NCBI GenBank assembly: GCA_965261085.1
Contig: OZ253442.1
Span: 224,001 to 288,000 of the forward strand
Direction: 5' to 3'
DNA from: a bacterium
Lineage (GTDB): Bacteria; UBA8248
Length of the DNA: 64,000 bases
Below are positions 1 through 10,525 of this stretch, piece after piece. The notes under the pieces were generated by a model, which did not search any database, was not told the DNA's origin, and saw nothing but the letters and a program-made list of their open reading frames with translations. Position numbers and translations under genes: made by a program. The stretch's first letter is position 1. Every line of letters starts with the position of its first letter.

Positions 1-495
1 GCCGGAGAGAGGCCGGACGCGTCTTGCGAGCGCCTGAGCCGTCGTCATCTCGGCGCCCCGCACCCTGTGCGCGCGGGCCATGCGCCGGCCCAGGAACCAG
101 AAGATGACCGCGCAAAAAGCTACACCGCCCAACCCGATCCAGAGACCCAGCCACGCCTTTGCGTAAACGGTATCGAGCATGCGTCTCCTGATTCGTTCGA
201 TCCTGGGGTCACCCGCGATGACGGCTATCCGCTCGATCGTTTGTTCGCCCTCGCGCCACTCGTAGGTCTGGCGCGAATCGGGGTCGTATTTCAGGCCGAG
301 CTTGAACTCGGCCAATACGCCGAGTCCCAGGACGCGCCATTCATGGGCGCTCGTCGTCGTGAATAGACTCACCGCAGGCGTCAGTACGATAGTCAGGACC
401 AGCCCTAAAATCCCCCAGCGGACGAGCTGGCCCCACATGCGGGCGTCGTGAAGCAGGGTCTGGCCGCCGCGCAGTGTGGCGTTTCCGATGGTCAT
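1..495 (-). CDS. traD: Type IV coupling protein TraD, N-terminal part (continues beyond the left edge; absent from the ORF track)
   Basis: Manual translation from ATG 495 (RBS AAGGAG) gives MTIGNATLRGGQTLLHDARMWGQLVRWG..., with two TM segments followed by RVRGAEM. This matches the F-type TraD N-terminal GGQ...RM..Q pattern and lies downstream of traG. Confidence 0.75.
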   Translation of the reverse strand, partial: MTIGNATLRGGQTLLHDARMWGQLVRWGILGLVLTIVLTPAVSLFTTTSAHEWRVLGLGVLAEFKLGLKYDPDSRQTYEWREGEQTIERIAVIAGDPRIERIRRRMLDTVYAKAWLGLWIGLGGVAFCAVIFWFLGRRMARAHRVRGAEMTTAQALARRVRPLSG

Positions 496-663
496 ACGAT
501 TCTCCTTTTTCATACTGTCTGCATGGTGGTGCTGCCGGCGTCCTGGCCTCGCGAAGCGCCGCGCGGAGGTCGAGGAGGGCGGGGCCTGAAGCGAAAGAGC
601 GGGGTCCCGGGAGAGTCCATGGCGCCCGCAACTTATCGACTCGTAATCCGGAAGGAGCGTTCC

Positions 664-1011
664 ATGAAAAAAGAAATACCATCCGTCAAGGCGCGTGTCC
701 TCGTCCTGATCGGACCCGCCATCGCGTTTCTTTTCACTCTCTACGTCATAGGCGTAGGCGGCGGCGCAAACCTGCTGTTCGCCGTCTGGTTCCTGGCCGT
801 GATCTGGACTTTCCTGACAGCGTTCGCGGGCGCCCTTTGGCATGCGTTCAGGGGGGACCGCACCGTCTTCACCGGCTACGAGCTCCCCGAAGGGGACGGC
901 GATCGCTTCGACTGGGCCACCCGCACGGGCCGCCATGCCTGGCGCAGGGAATACGAGGAAGGTGAACTCCACGCCCATGACGACTATCCCGGTCACGGCC
1001 CCATCACCTGA
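664..1011 (+). CDS. Small membrane protein, candidate entry-exclusion factor
   Basis: 115 aa from ATG 664 (AGGAG upstream) with two hydrophobic segments; convergent with and overlapping the 3' end of traG. Confidence 0.5.
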   Translation: MKKEIPSVKARVLVLIGPAIAFLFTLYVIGVGGGANLLFAVWFLAVIWTFLTAFAGALWHAFRGDRTVFTGYELPEGDGDRFDWATRTGRHAWRREYEEGELHAHDDYPGHGPIT

Positions 1012-3927
1012 TCGCCCGAAAAGCCACTCCCGCCTCCGCTTTCTTTCTTCCTCTCCGGTTCGGGCTCGGCTTTCTTCCCATCCCCCCCGGGCGCCGCGTT
1101 CCGCGCGGTGCCGTAGAGTTTTCCCCCCAGCCATTCACCGACGATCGGAACGTCCTTGACGACGTGTTCCGAGAAGGTTTTGTTGGTCTCCGCCGCGATT
1201 TCAGGACGCCCCTCCCCGATTCGCTCCCCCGTCACGCCCCTGCGGGCCGCCCGTCCGGCTTCGCGGATGTCGAGTTCGGTCTCGATCTCCGCACGGCCTC
1301 GTTCCGCCCGTTCACTGGCGTCCCCCGCCCCAGGCGTCCCGGCGCCGCGCGCGCGTTCGCGCACCGCGGACGACCAGTTATCCCAGGCCGCGTCAGCCTG
1401 ACCCACCCCCGCTTCGCGCAATCCTTCCCTCGCATGATCGAATTCCGACCGACCCGGCGGCGGGTCAGGCCCTCCGCCTGCCGGGAAACGCTCGGCGATG
1501 AAGGCGGCGGCGTGGGTCCTGAGCACCTCGGCGTCCTCTGCCGACCGGGGCGAGGCCAGGCGCATCGCGCCCGCTACGCCTATCTCGCGCCCGTCGGCGC
1601 CCTCCCCGCGCTGCGAGCCACGAGAAGAAGGGCTGGCCGAGTTCGCTCTCGATAGCACGGGAGTTTCCGCGTACCTCGGCCGCCTGGCTCGACCAGTTCG
1701 TGGCCTCCCTACGGCTCACCGCCTCCTGCTCTGAGAATCGGCGCATCTTCGTGAGGTTCGCGCCCAGACTCTCATCCAGGCTCTTCATTTCGCTCTCGCC
1801 CGACGCCGTCGTGTAGCGCCTCGAAGCGTCGGAGACACGCGACCAGAGGTCGAGCAACCCGTGCTGGCCCGCGTAGTCGGTCATCCGGTTCCAGGCCTCC
1901 CGACCGAATGTCTGTCCCCGCCAGCTCGCCGACCCGTTGGCGCCTACCTTGACGATGAAGTCGAACCCGCCTCCCATCCTCGCCTCGCCCGTCAGGACGG
2001 CGGCCTGCTCCTTCGTGATGCCGCCGGCTTGCGAGAGTTTTTCGAGATGGGATTCGAGGCTCTGCGCGCCCTGATTCTCGCTCTCCGTCACCCCCCGTGC
2101 GTGGGTGAGGCCGCTTCTCACGTCGTTTGAGAATCGCTCGACCATGGCGGCGGAATCCGTAGCGGCGGCCGTTCGCGCGGCGGCGGCTTCCGCCGAGAAG
2201 TGACGGGCCTGCTCGACGGCGGCGCCGGCCCGGACCTCGTGGCTCTGCGCCAGGGACTCGGAGAGCCTGACGCCCGCCGCGGGCACCCGGCTCGTGGCGG
2301 AACCCGCGTCCATCACGGCTGCGCCCTCGCCGGTCACGGTGTAGGCGGCGCCGCCCGGTGCGAAACCCGTGTAGCGGCCCGCGTCTACGTTCGCCGAGGT
2401 GCGAAGCTGGTGTCCTTCCACCGACGCGAAACGGTGCGTATCTGCGCTGGTGTTTCCGAGCGAGATGTTGCCCGTGGCGCCCTCCTGCGCGGCCGATGAG
2501 GCCGCGTCCTGTCCGACCGAGAGGACCGAAGTGGCGAGGCTCGTCGCGCGGCCAACCCCGTATGCCAGGGCCGCGGCCAGGAAGGGCACCGACATCGAGA
2601 GGTAGCCCGACATCACGGCCACGTCTGCCGCCACCGCCCTGATCCCCGCCTGGGCGACGAGCGAGACTCCTATGTCGCCGCCCGGCATGAGCGCACCCGC
2701 GCTCATGCGCGTTGCCGCCTCGCCCATCGCGACACGGTGTAGGATGGCGTAGAGCGGACCCCAGCTCTGCAGCCAGACGAGGCCCGAGAAATAGGAGCGG
2801 AATATTGTCCCGCCCGCGGGCGTCAACATCAACAGGACCGCCATCGGGAACGCGCCCACGTAGAGGCACTCGAAGACGATCCGAAGCATGGGCACCCAGG
2901 TCTCGGCCTGTCTTCCGATCGCCCGGTAGGCCGATACGGTCTGCGCCTCGGCGCGAGCCTCGGTATAGGATCTGAGCGCCGCTGCGTTTCCGGCCTCGGC
3001 GCTCCACTGCTCGCCCGCGTCGTGTACGGCGTTCAGCACCATCTGCTGGCGCAGCACCTCGGCCGCAGACCTCGAGGCCCCGATCAGGTAGTCGTGAGCG
3101 GCGGGAAGCGCGGCCATGAGTTCCGCCCGCGCCAACGCCTCGCTCGCCGCCCCCGGGAAGAGCCTCATCCCGAAGACGCCCGAGGCGCGCGTGATCTCCG
3201 CCCCCCAGAGTGCGTCGAGACGCGACGCGGCCGTGGCGCACGTCACGATCCCGCGGTCCAGCGTCGTTGCGCCCGTGCCTGAGGCCGCGCCCCTGCTCGC
3301 GTATTCCACCATGCGCGCGGGCGATGCGCCGGCCGAGGGCGATCCGGAAGCAGTGACGAGCGCCCAGAGGTCCGTGCTCTCGCGCAGGTCGTCTGCCGAT
3401 ATGTGGCCGAGCAGCAGAGAGTAAAACACGCACTGTCTCGCATAGGCCCTCAGGTTCCTCCCGAAGACGGCGTCGGTCACCTCCATCCGGGTCGCGGCGG
3501 CGGCGAGCCGCGCGCCGAAGATGAACCCGTATCTGCGGTAGGCCAAATCGTCCGGAAGGGAGAAGGCCTGTTCGGTCAGACGCGTGAGTCCGTCGCCCAC
3601 CCGGCTCGTGAGCGATGCGAACAGCGCGAGCCCCAGCGGCACGTTCGCCACCACCGCAGGCGCCAAAGCGGGGTCGAGCCTGTCCACCACGCGCACCGTC
3701 GCCCTGGGGACCACCAGCGCACCCCAGACGCAGGCGAATAACAGGAGCCACTTTGCGTTGTCCTTCCACGATCCCCCGAAGGCGGTGCGGAACAGCGCCC
3801 AGGCGAGTCCCGTCACGCCCGCAATCTGGGCCAGCGTCACGAAGGCGCCCCCTCCCGTGATGGCGGCCACGGCGTTTAAGAGGTCGACCAGGTAGGTCCC
3901 GCCGCCCAGGGTGAAGATTTCATACAT
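993..3927 (-). CDS. traG: Mating-pair stabilisation protein TraG, with one frameshift near 1604-1607
   Basis: Starts MYEIFTLGGG..LLNAVAA (TraG_N pattern) with multiple TMs. The C-terminus continues in the 993-1658 frame if one G is removed from a GGGG run (WLAAR-EGADGREIG). Confidence 0.85.
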
Positions 3928-3939
3928 GGGTGTTGTCCT

Positions 3940-5352
3940 CTAGCGCGCGCCCGCTGCGCCGCGCGAGAAGGCGAGCGCCGAGCGCAAATCGGCCGAGAGC
4001 GCACCGCTAAGTTCGGTCTCGATGAGACGGAGTTTTTCGACCACGGCGAGCGCGGTGTTGAAGCGTTTCAGGCCCTCGTTCCGGTGCCTGGCGAGGGCGG
4101 TGCGGTTTCTGCGCAGCCCCTCGCGCCAGTGCGTGAGACGCTCGCCGTCCGCGACGTCCATGGAGCCCGCGCGTTCCTCGATCGTGCGGTGAAGGTCCGA
4201 GACCCAGACCTGGAGCACGTCGAGCGCCACCGCTTCGGCGAGTGCTTCCACCTCCTGTTCCACCACCGCGCCCCGGTAGGCGGCTGCCGCGTTGACGAGC
4301 CGGTAGACCGGAATCGTCGTGAGGTTCACGAGTCCCAGGGCGTCGGCCGGGGGAGCCGTGTCGGCGCGCACCGCGTCGATGAGGCTACGGAGCAGTTCCG
4401 CGACCCGGTTCCTGAAACCCCGCGCCGCGGGCACCGTGAGCCTCCCGAGCGTGGGGTTGAGACACTCGACGGGAGTGTCGCACCGGTAGACGGGCAGTTC
4501 GCCGCCCCCTTCCATCAGGACCTCGGTCACGCGGCGGTCCAAAGCCAGGGGCTCCAGCACGCGCACGCGGGGACCGGAAGGGTCCGAATCCGATAGGGGC
4601 GCGGTTACGATCACGGAGCCCGATACCGACATGGCGAACTCACCGAGGTCCCGGTCGGACGCCAGGAAGCCCGAGGCCCGCACCGCGCGCCAGGCGTAGT
4701 TCACGTTGACCGGCGCCTGTTCTTTCAGAGGGCCCGTAGCCGCGGCCATGGTCGAGTTGCGTCTGCCGTCCGCGCCGCAGCCGTGGCGCGCGGCGGCGTA
4801 GTCCGAAAAAATTCCCTGCCGCGTCCCGATAGCGGCGCATATGGCGGCGCTCGCCCGGTCGTTCTTGGACCACACCGCGCCGACGAGCGCCTGGGCCGTC
4901 TCGCATGAGTTTACGTTCTGGTTGTTCACCCACTGGGCGAGCGCTCTCAGCTTCGACATGGTCTCGGCGATCACGGGTGATATGGTCTCGAGCGCCAGTT
5001 CGAATGCGAAACCCGCGGCGTTCTGCGCGACCGCACGGGCGAAGGCGATCATCTGGTCTGAATCGATGAAGGAAAAGGCGCCGGCGAACGCGTCGATGCC
5101 GCCGCAACCGGCGCGGTAGGAGGGCAGGCTCACCGTGGCGACCGATTCGGACCTCACCGGCGCGCGCAGGTAGAGGTTCCCGAGCGTCCAGTGGCCGGAC
5201 GCCTGGCCGTCGAAGGCGGTGGGTCCGGTGGTGTTCACGGCAGCGCCCCGCCAGAAGTTCTCCATCTCCGATAAGACGTCCGCGCGCGCGGGGACGGTAA
5301 AAAGGAGGGCTATGAGCAGGGCGAAGAATGAAATTTTTTGGCTAGTAGTCAC
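3940..5352 (-). CDS. traH: Pilus assembly protein TraH
   Basis: PS.RAGCGGIDAFAGAFSFI and NSCETAQALV motifs; probable GTG start at 5352 with a signal peptide. Confidence 0.9.
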   Translation of the reverse strand: MTTSQKISFFALLIALLFTVPARADVLSEMENFWRGAAVNTTGPTAFDGQASGHWTLGNLYLRAPVRSESVATVSLPSYRAGCGGIDAFAGAFSFIDSDQMIAFARAVAQNAAGFAFELALETISPVIAETMSKLRALAQWVNNQNVNSCETAQALVGAVWSKNDRASAAICAAIGTRQGIFSDYAAARHGCGADGRRNSTMAAATGPLKEQAPVNVNYAWRAVRASGFLASDRDLGEFAMSVSGSVIVTAPLSDSDPSGPRVRVLEPLALDRRVTEVLMEGGGELPVYRCDTPVECLNPTLGRLTVPAARGFRNRVAELLRSLIDAVRADTAPPADALGLVNLTTIPVYRLVNAAAAYRGAVVEQEVEALAEAVALDVLQVWVSDLHRTIEERAGSMDVADGERLTHWREGLRRNRTALARHRNEGLKRFNTALAVVEKLRLIETELSGALSADLRSALAFSRGAAGAR

Positions 5353-6145
5353 TTCCGACCTCCCTGGCGGTGAGGGCGAAGATGCGCTCGGCCAGCTGGT
5401 CCTCTGCGACGACGCCGAACGATACCGGGATCGCGCGTTTGTCCTTCGTGTCGTAGAGCACGACGGCGGGCACAGCCCTGGCATGAATGCCGAGACGCGC
5501 GGCGCGTCCCGCATCGGGGACAGCTTCGGGCCAGCCCTCTAACGCTCCTCCCGTCATTGATACGGCGAGGACTTCCAACCCGTGACGAAGCGCAAAGGCG
5601 CGAAGGAGCGGTCCGAAGACTCTGCAGGCGGGACACTTATCCGATCCCAGGTAGATGAGTCCGTAGCGCTTCCCGAGCCTGGCGAGCGAGGCGTCGCGCT
5701 CGGCGCGGCGCTCTTCCGACCAGAGCCTCTTGGCGAGCGCGCCCACCGGGCGTCTCAGCGTGTAGTCGAGACCCGGGTTCGCCCAGACCGCTCGGCGGAA
5801 GGCGTCCGAGAACACAGCGGCGCTTTGTAAGACCTCCTGCTGGAGGCGCATGTAGGCCGTTACGTTTTCAGGGCTTGGCTCCAGGATCGCTTGCGCGCGG
5901 GCTTCTTCCAGAGCGCGCCGCATAGCCATGATGCGTTCCTTGGCGTTTGGAGGCTGCACGGAAGGTGAGGCTTTCGTCATCGGCGCTTCATTGTCCTTCT
6001 TTTCATTGCGGTCGCAATAGAAGTGCCAGCCGAGGGGGGAAGACGCTCCCTCGCCGCACCATGAGCGCCACTCCCGCGCTTGTGCAGGCAGTGTGGTGAG
6101 CGTCAGGAACAGGCTGGCGAGGGCGAGTTTATGGACTACTGACAT
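5342..6145 (-). CDS. traF: Pilus assembly protein TraF (thioredoxin-like)
   Basis: GWHFYC, A..EPS.ENV..Y, CPAC and VPAVVL motifs; lies between traN and traH. Confidence 0.88.
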   Translation of the reverse strand: MSVVHKLALASLFLTLTTLPAQAREWRSWCGEGASSPLGWHFYCDRNEKKDNEAPMTKASPSVQPPNAKERIMAMRRALEEARAQAILEPSPENVTAYMRLQQEVLQSAAVFSDAFRRAVWANPGLDYTLRRPVGALAKRLWSEERRAERDASLARLGKRYGLIYLGSDKCPACRVFGPLLRAFALRHGLEVLAVSMTGGALEGWPEAVPDAGRAARLGIHARAVPAVVLYDTKDKRAIPVSFGVVAEDQLAERIFALTAREVGSDY

Positions 6146-6154
6146 TACGTCTCC

Positions 6155-7225
6155 TCACTTGTTCTTCGTATAAAAATCACTGATCCGTTCGCGCATCGCC
6201 GCACCCGCCCCGGCCGCTTCAGGGAGCGCGATGGAAGGTTCGCTCGCGCCGTCCACGAGGTCCTCGGTGAACTCCGAGAGGTCCACGGCCTCGAAGTCGA
6301 TTCGCTCCATCTCCTCCACGGTGAAGCCTCGGCAACTGCCCCAGCCGAGCCCCAGCTGTTCTCGCGCCGCCTCCTGCAGGATGCGGCCGAGCTTGGAGCC
6401 GAAGACGCACCAGACACGCTCACGGCGGATACAGACGCCCAAGATTCGCTTGGCGCACCGCGTTCCCAGGTAATGCGTGTTCCCGGCGTGGCGCTCCTCT
6501 GCCAGGAGGCGCTCCGCCTCGGTGCAGTCGCCGAGACCGATGAGGAGACCCGAATCCTTGCAGCAGTTCGCCAGTCCGCCCCACCTGATCCGGCACGCGC
6601 GCCGGTTTCCGCGGAAGAACAGCAGGTTCCCCCGGTCGAATTCATCGCCGCCCAGTTCCATCACCATGTTGAGTTTGGCGGTCGAATCAATGAACCCCGT
6701 GTTGGCCCGAGAGGTCCTGGTCTCGCAGTCAGCGCCGGCGCACCAGGCGACCGAACCGCAGGTACCGCCCGATTCGGCCCGGTCGAGGCCAGCCGCGCAG
6801 TCGGATACCGACCCCGACGCCAGGCCCGAGGCGCCGAAGCGAGAAGCCTCCGGCGCGCCCTGGATTTCACCGGCGCGTCCTGCGATGGGGTCCTCCGTCG
6901 GAATCGATTCGTCCGGTCGCGCGGTCACGCCCTCGATCACGGCGCGTCCGGCCAGACCGCCTGGGTCGTCGGGATCGGCAAGGACCCCGTTCGCTGCGTC
7001 TTCCAGGTCGGCCGCGCCCAGGCCACGTTCGGGTACGTTCGTCCCGGCGTAGCCTGGCACCTTTGACGTCGAGGCCGGATCCCGCGCGAGCGCGGCTGCC
7101 GCCGCACGTCCCGCATTGCCTATTGAGCGCGCCACGGCCTTCGGGTCTTCGGCGATAGCGTTGGCGATGCTGAAGTGCGCGAAGAGAAGCAGGATGGTTG
7201 TTTTCAGCCATGGAGTCCGGCTCAT
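6155..7225 (-). CDS. traN: Mating-pair stabilisation protein TraN (short form)
   Basis: Cys-rich C-terminus NCCK...HYLG..C...WCVFGSKLGRILQE...CRGFT.EE...DLSEF; signal peptide. Confidence 0.85.
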   Translation of the reverse strand: MSRTPWLKTTILLLFAHFSIANAIAEDPKAVARSIGNAGRAAAAALARDPASTSKVPGYAGTNVPERGLGAADLEDAANGVLADPDDPGGLAGRAVIEGVTARPDESIPTEDPIAGRAGEIQGAPEASRFGASGLASGSVSDCAAGLDRAESGGTCGSVAWCAGADCETRTSRANTGFIDSTAKLNMVMELGGDEFDRGNLLFFRGNRRACRIRWGGLANCCKDSGLLIGLGDCTEAERLLAEERHAGNTHYLGTRCAKRILGVCIRRERVWCVFGSKLGRILQEAAREQLGLGWGSCRGFTVEEMERIDFEAVDLSEFTEDLVDGASEPSIALPEAAGAGAAMRERISDFYTKNK

Positions 7226-7935
7226 GGGTATTCTCCTCTCAGTTTATCGAGATGACTCCGCGCCGTATCGCGACCCGGCCCGCCCTCTGCCGCGATGATC
7301 GAAAGCGCGGCGTCGAGGCCGATGTTTCCTTTGACAAGATCGTGGGGAGGCGCGGGGTCCGCCGCGCAGCCACGGCTCTTACAGGGCGGGACGCCGCCCG
7401 GGACGACGGCGACGGCAGGGACTGCCGTGACCCCGAACAGCCGGAAGGGGCGCGGGTCGATAGCGGCGCCGGCGTTTGCCGGGAGATGCGCTCCGATACG
7501 CTTCACCGTGGCTCTGAGTCCTCCCCGTGCGACGCCGCGCAGGACGAGTGGGATGCCTGCTCGCGCCGCCTCCACGCTCCACTCCCGCCAGGCCGCTGCG
7601 GGAACCGAGAGGCTCATGAAGACGATGACCTCGGGACCTCGTGGAGGTTCGGAGAGCCTGCCCGCCAGTCGGCCGGCCTGATCCTCCGCCGGGAGGGGGG
7701 CGGTAGTTTCGGAGGCGTTCCTGCCCGCGCGACCGAGCGCGCGCTCCAATACCGAGCGCGACCAGGAACCGAGGTCGGCGGGTGGGGATTTTTTCGTATT
7801 CCGTAATGCCCTTTCCACCATATCCCGGGCAGTCTCTTCGGCCGTTTCCTGCGCGAGAGCCGGAGCGGACAACGCCACGAGGAGGAAGGAGCAAAAAAGC
7901 GCCATAACAGTCATATTGATCACTTTGCAGCCCAT
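7222..7935 (-). CDS. trbC: Type-F conjugative transfer protein TrbC
   Basis: VFMSLSVP, LVLRG, IDPRPFRLFGVTAVPAV and GNI.L..AL motifs. Start trimmed to 7935; a slightly later ATG is possible. Confidence 0.85.
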   Translation of the reverse strand: MGCKVINMTVMALFCSFLLVALSAPALAQETAEETARDMVERALRNTKKSPPADLGSWSRSVLERALGRAGRNASETTAPLPAEDQAGRLAGRLSEPPRGPEVIVFMSLSVPAAAWREWSVEAARAGIPLVLRGVARGGLRATVKRIGAHLPANAGAAIDPRPFRLFGVTAVPAVAVVPGGVPPCKSRGCAADPAPPHDLVKGNIGLDAALSIIAAEGGPGRDTARSHLDKLRGEYP

Positions 7936-7946
7936 TATGAATTTCC

Positions 7947-8948
7947 TTAGAGGAGGCAGCAGTTGCGCTTGCGCCAGAGGAGGTACCCGAAATTCTCCCC
8001 CGCGACCGGAAGCTCGCGGAGTGATTCCCAGAGCACGGTGGAGCGGCCCGTGGGGTTGCAGCCGGTCAGGGCCGAGGTGGCGGGGACCGGCTGGGTCATC
8101 TGCCAGCGGTACTGAGATTTCTTCATGATCGGCATGGGGTAGCGGCCGCACAGGGCCGCCGATCCCGAAGTCCCCCACGCGAGCAGGGTCCGGTGCAGGC
8201 GGAAGACGAGACGTTGCGCGGCGAGCAGCGAGGCCTGCACGCCGCCCACGTGGGCGCCCACGTTGCCGGTCAGGGGATACATCGCGCCCTGACAGCCCGC
8301 GCACCAGTACAGCGGATCGAGCGGGAGTCCCGCAGAAGCCGCCGCGCAGTCCGCGGCGCACGCCGCCTGCGCCGGCAGGTCCGCGAAGAGCGCGGCTTCG
8401 GGATTCAGCAGAAACGAGAGTTCGTCATCTCGCCAGGCGGGGTCGAGCTCCGAGACCCAGGCGATGTCGAGTCCGCCTCCTTCCAGGCAGCCCAAGTCAA
8501 TCAGCGCCCCGATCCAGGAGAGCAGCGGGTAGACGTAGTAGTGGACGTGCCAAGTGGAACCCGCAGCACCATCACCTCCAGAGGAACCAGTGCGCCCGCG
8601 ACCGGCGGGGAGGCCTGCGTCTATGGTCATTCCGCCCAGGTTCGGGAAACACCAGGGTGTCCTGCTCGCGTCGATCAGCCGTGCCGGCTCCCAGACGCCG
8701 AGCGAGAGGCCGATCCGTGGGATGGGACTCCCGCAAAAACAGATGGGAGACCCCGGGTTGGGCGTGTCCGGCGCGCCTGCGGCCGCGCCTATCCGGATGG
8801 GGCCTATCGATATCGGGAACAGACACTCCCAGCACACGTCCGCTATGGGGTTCACGAAACGACCCGTGCAGGACTGTGCAGAGGCACTCTGTGTCGAGAG
8901 AATGCAGGAGAGGAAAATGATTGGAATGATAAAAATTAGGGGCCTCAT
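7947..8948 (-). CDS. traU: Pilus assembly protein TraU
   Basis: CTGRFVNPIADVCWECLFPISIG, WEPARL, SELDPAW..DEL and WRKRNCC motifs. Confidence 0.93.
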   Translation of the reverse strand: MRPLIFIIPIIFLSCILSTQSASAQSCTGRFVNPIADVCWECLFPISIGPIRIGAAAGAPDTPNPGSPICFCGSPIPRIGLSLGVWEPARLIDASRTPWCFPNLGGMTIDAGLPAGRGRTGSSGGDGAAGSTWHVHYYVYPLLSWIGALIDLGCLEGGGLDIAWVSELDPAWRDDELSFLLNPEAALFADLPAQAACAADCAAASAGLPLDPLYWCAGCQGAMYPLTGNVGAHVGGVQASLLAAQRLVFRLHRTLLAWGTSGSAALCGRYPMPIMKKSQYRWQMTQPVPATSALTGCNPTGRSTVLWESLRELPVAGENFGYLLWRKRNCCLL

Positions 8949-9613
8949 GGGCGGCCTCCTTCGTTCTCGGGATTCCCTTCGTCTTCCAGGGGGACTTCCG
9001 TGATCCGCAAAACCGGCCCCTCCGCTTCGAGCAGGGACGGCGTGGCGGCCAGGCCAAAACGCCTCGCGAGACGTCCGCCCTGATCGAAGTAAAACGCCCG
9101 GCCGTGCTCCCTTGCCAGGTCCAGCGGACGACCCGCGAGCAATACGATGACCGAGGTTTTTTTATGGCTAAGCGCCCATGCGACCTCGACCGGACGCGTC
9201 CCGTCGATGAACAGGAGAACGCGGGTTAAGGGGTGTTTTTCGAGGGGATTGATCCGCGTCCCCCGAGCCGCGAGCAGCACTCCGTCCGGCGCAAAGACGT
9301 CTTGTTCGACCATGACCGATGGATCGAAAAGCCGTGTCCCGTGTTCGCGCGCGGGCGCAATGCCCGATACGCGGGGAGGCGTCTCGATCCGCGCCCGCGC
9401 CAGGACGAGCGCCTCGCGTTTCATGCGTGCGAGTTCGCCCGAAGATTTCATATTTCCAAGTCTTTTTTCTATCTCATCGAGGAGGTTCGGTTCCTCGACC
9501 GGCCAGACGGCGCCGCGAACGCCCAAATCCTTCGCCGCAGCTGTTCCCGCCGCGAGAGAGAGGGTGCAGGCGAGCGCCGCCGCAAAGAACCTCCGGGGAG
9601 GAAGCCGTTTCAT
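8945..9613 (-). CDS. traW: Pilus assembly protein TraW
   Basis: KDLG..G..WPV.EP, FDPS, INPL, LLFIDG and FYFDQGG.L..RFG motifs. Confidence 0.9.
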   Translation of the reverse strand: MKRLPPRRFFAAALACTLSLAAGTAAAKDLGVRGAVWPVEEPNLLDEIEKRLGNMKSSGELARMKREALVLARARIETPPRVSGIAPAREHGTRLFDPSVMVEQDVFAPDGVLLAARGTRINPLEKHPLTRVLLFIDGTRPVEVAWALSHKKTSVIVLLAGRPLDLAREHGRAFYFDQGGRLARRFGLAATPSLLEAEGPVLRITEVPLEDEGNPENEGGRP

Positions 9614-10164
9614 GGCCGCGCCTCCTCGGGTTTCGCGAGAGGGCCTTCGAGCCCCAGCCAGGGGAGGTCGGGAAGCGGAAGGGCGCGGGCCCGGATGCGC
9701 TCGCGCGGCACCAGACCGATCTCCTCGTAGCGGCTGTCGTGGCTGTCCTTGTGATCGGCGTGGACATAGTAGCGGCCCGGCGGGATGACGCCGGGCTCTA
9801 TCGCTTCCAGGGCGCGGCCGTTCAGCGCGCGCCGCTTGGCGATTCCGATGAATTCTCCCCTCACGAAGACGCGACGCTCCGGGTCCACCGCCACGCTATC
9901 TCCCGGCAGGCCGATAACGCGCTTCATGTAGGGTATAGGCGAGCCCAAGTCTTCTGGCGGGTCGAAGAGGACGAGGTCGCCGCGTCCGGGCGCGCCCATC
10001 ATCGGCAGCGCGAAATACCCCCATGCGCCGTCCGAGGTGCTCGCGTTCACGTGGACGCGCGAGGCCGCCGCCAGCCACAGGCTCGAGAGGACGGCCATAC
10101 AGACCAGGAGCCTGAAACCCCGGGGGTTGGCACGGCCCTTCACGGCATCATCGGTCATCAGCAT
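9610..10164 (-). CDS. Conjugative transfer signal peptidase (S26 family, TrhF/TraF-like)
   Basis: N.S.S, KRVIGLPGD and S.DSRY..IGLV motifs. Confidence 0.85.
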   Translation of the reverse strand: MLMTDDAVKGRANPRGFRLLVCMAVLSSLWLAAASRVHVNASTSDGAWGYFALPMMGAPGRGDLVLFDPPEDLGSPIPYMKRVIGLPGDSVAVDPERRVFVRGEFIGIAKRRALNGRALEAIEPGVIPPGRYYVHADHKDSHDSRYEEIGLVPRERIRARALPLPDLPWLGLEGPLAKPEEARP

Positions 10165-10525
10165 TTTTCTTCTCCTTGTTCGGTGATGCGCTCTCCGCCA
10201 TCACAGCCTCGACCTCGGCGGTGACGTCCACTGCGCCCGCGGCGACCGCTCCGGCGCTCAACAGGACAACGCCTCGGCGCGCCGCCACTTTCGCGAGTGC
10301 TTCCTCGAGCCGTTTCGCCCAGTCGCGGGCCGCGGCCAGCGACTTCTCCGAATCGCCTCCCGCGCGCAACGACCTCGTCACGTAGTCCGCCGTGAGGCTC
10401 GACAGACGCACACTCGCGATCCGCGGGGGATTTTCGAGGGAAAACCTGAACGTGACGGCCGATACGGCGGCGGCGACACCTGCGGCGAGCAGGAGAGCGG
10501 CCGCGAACGCGGAAACTCCGTTCAT
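10148..10525 (-). CDS. trbI: TrbI-like F-type transfer protein
   Basis: N-terminal TM and VVLL...AVAAGAVDVT.EV C-terminal motif; ATG 10525 overlaps the upstream stop codon. Confidence 0.6.
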   Translation of the reverse strand: MNGVSAFAAALLLAAGVAAAVSAVTFRFSLENPPRIASVRLSSLTADYVTRSLRAGGDSEKSLAAARDWAKRLEEALAKVAARRGVVLLSAGAVAAGAVDVTAEVEAVMAESASPNKEKKNADDR

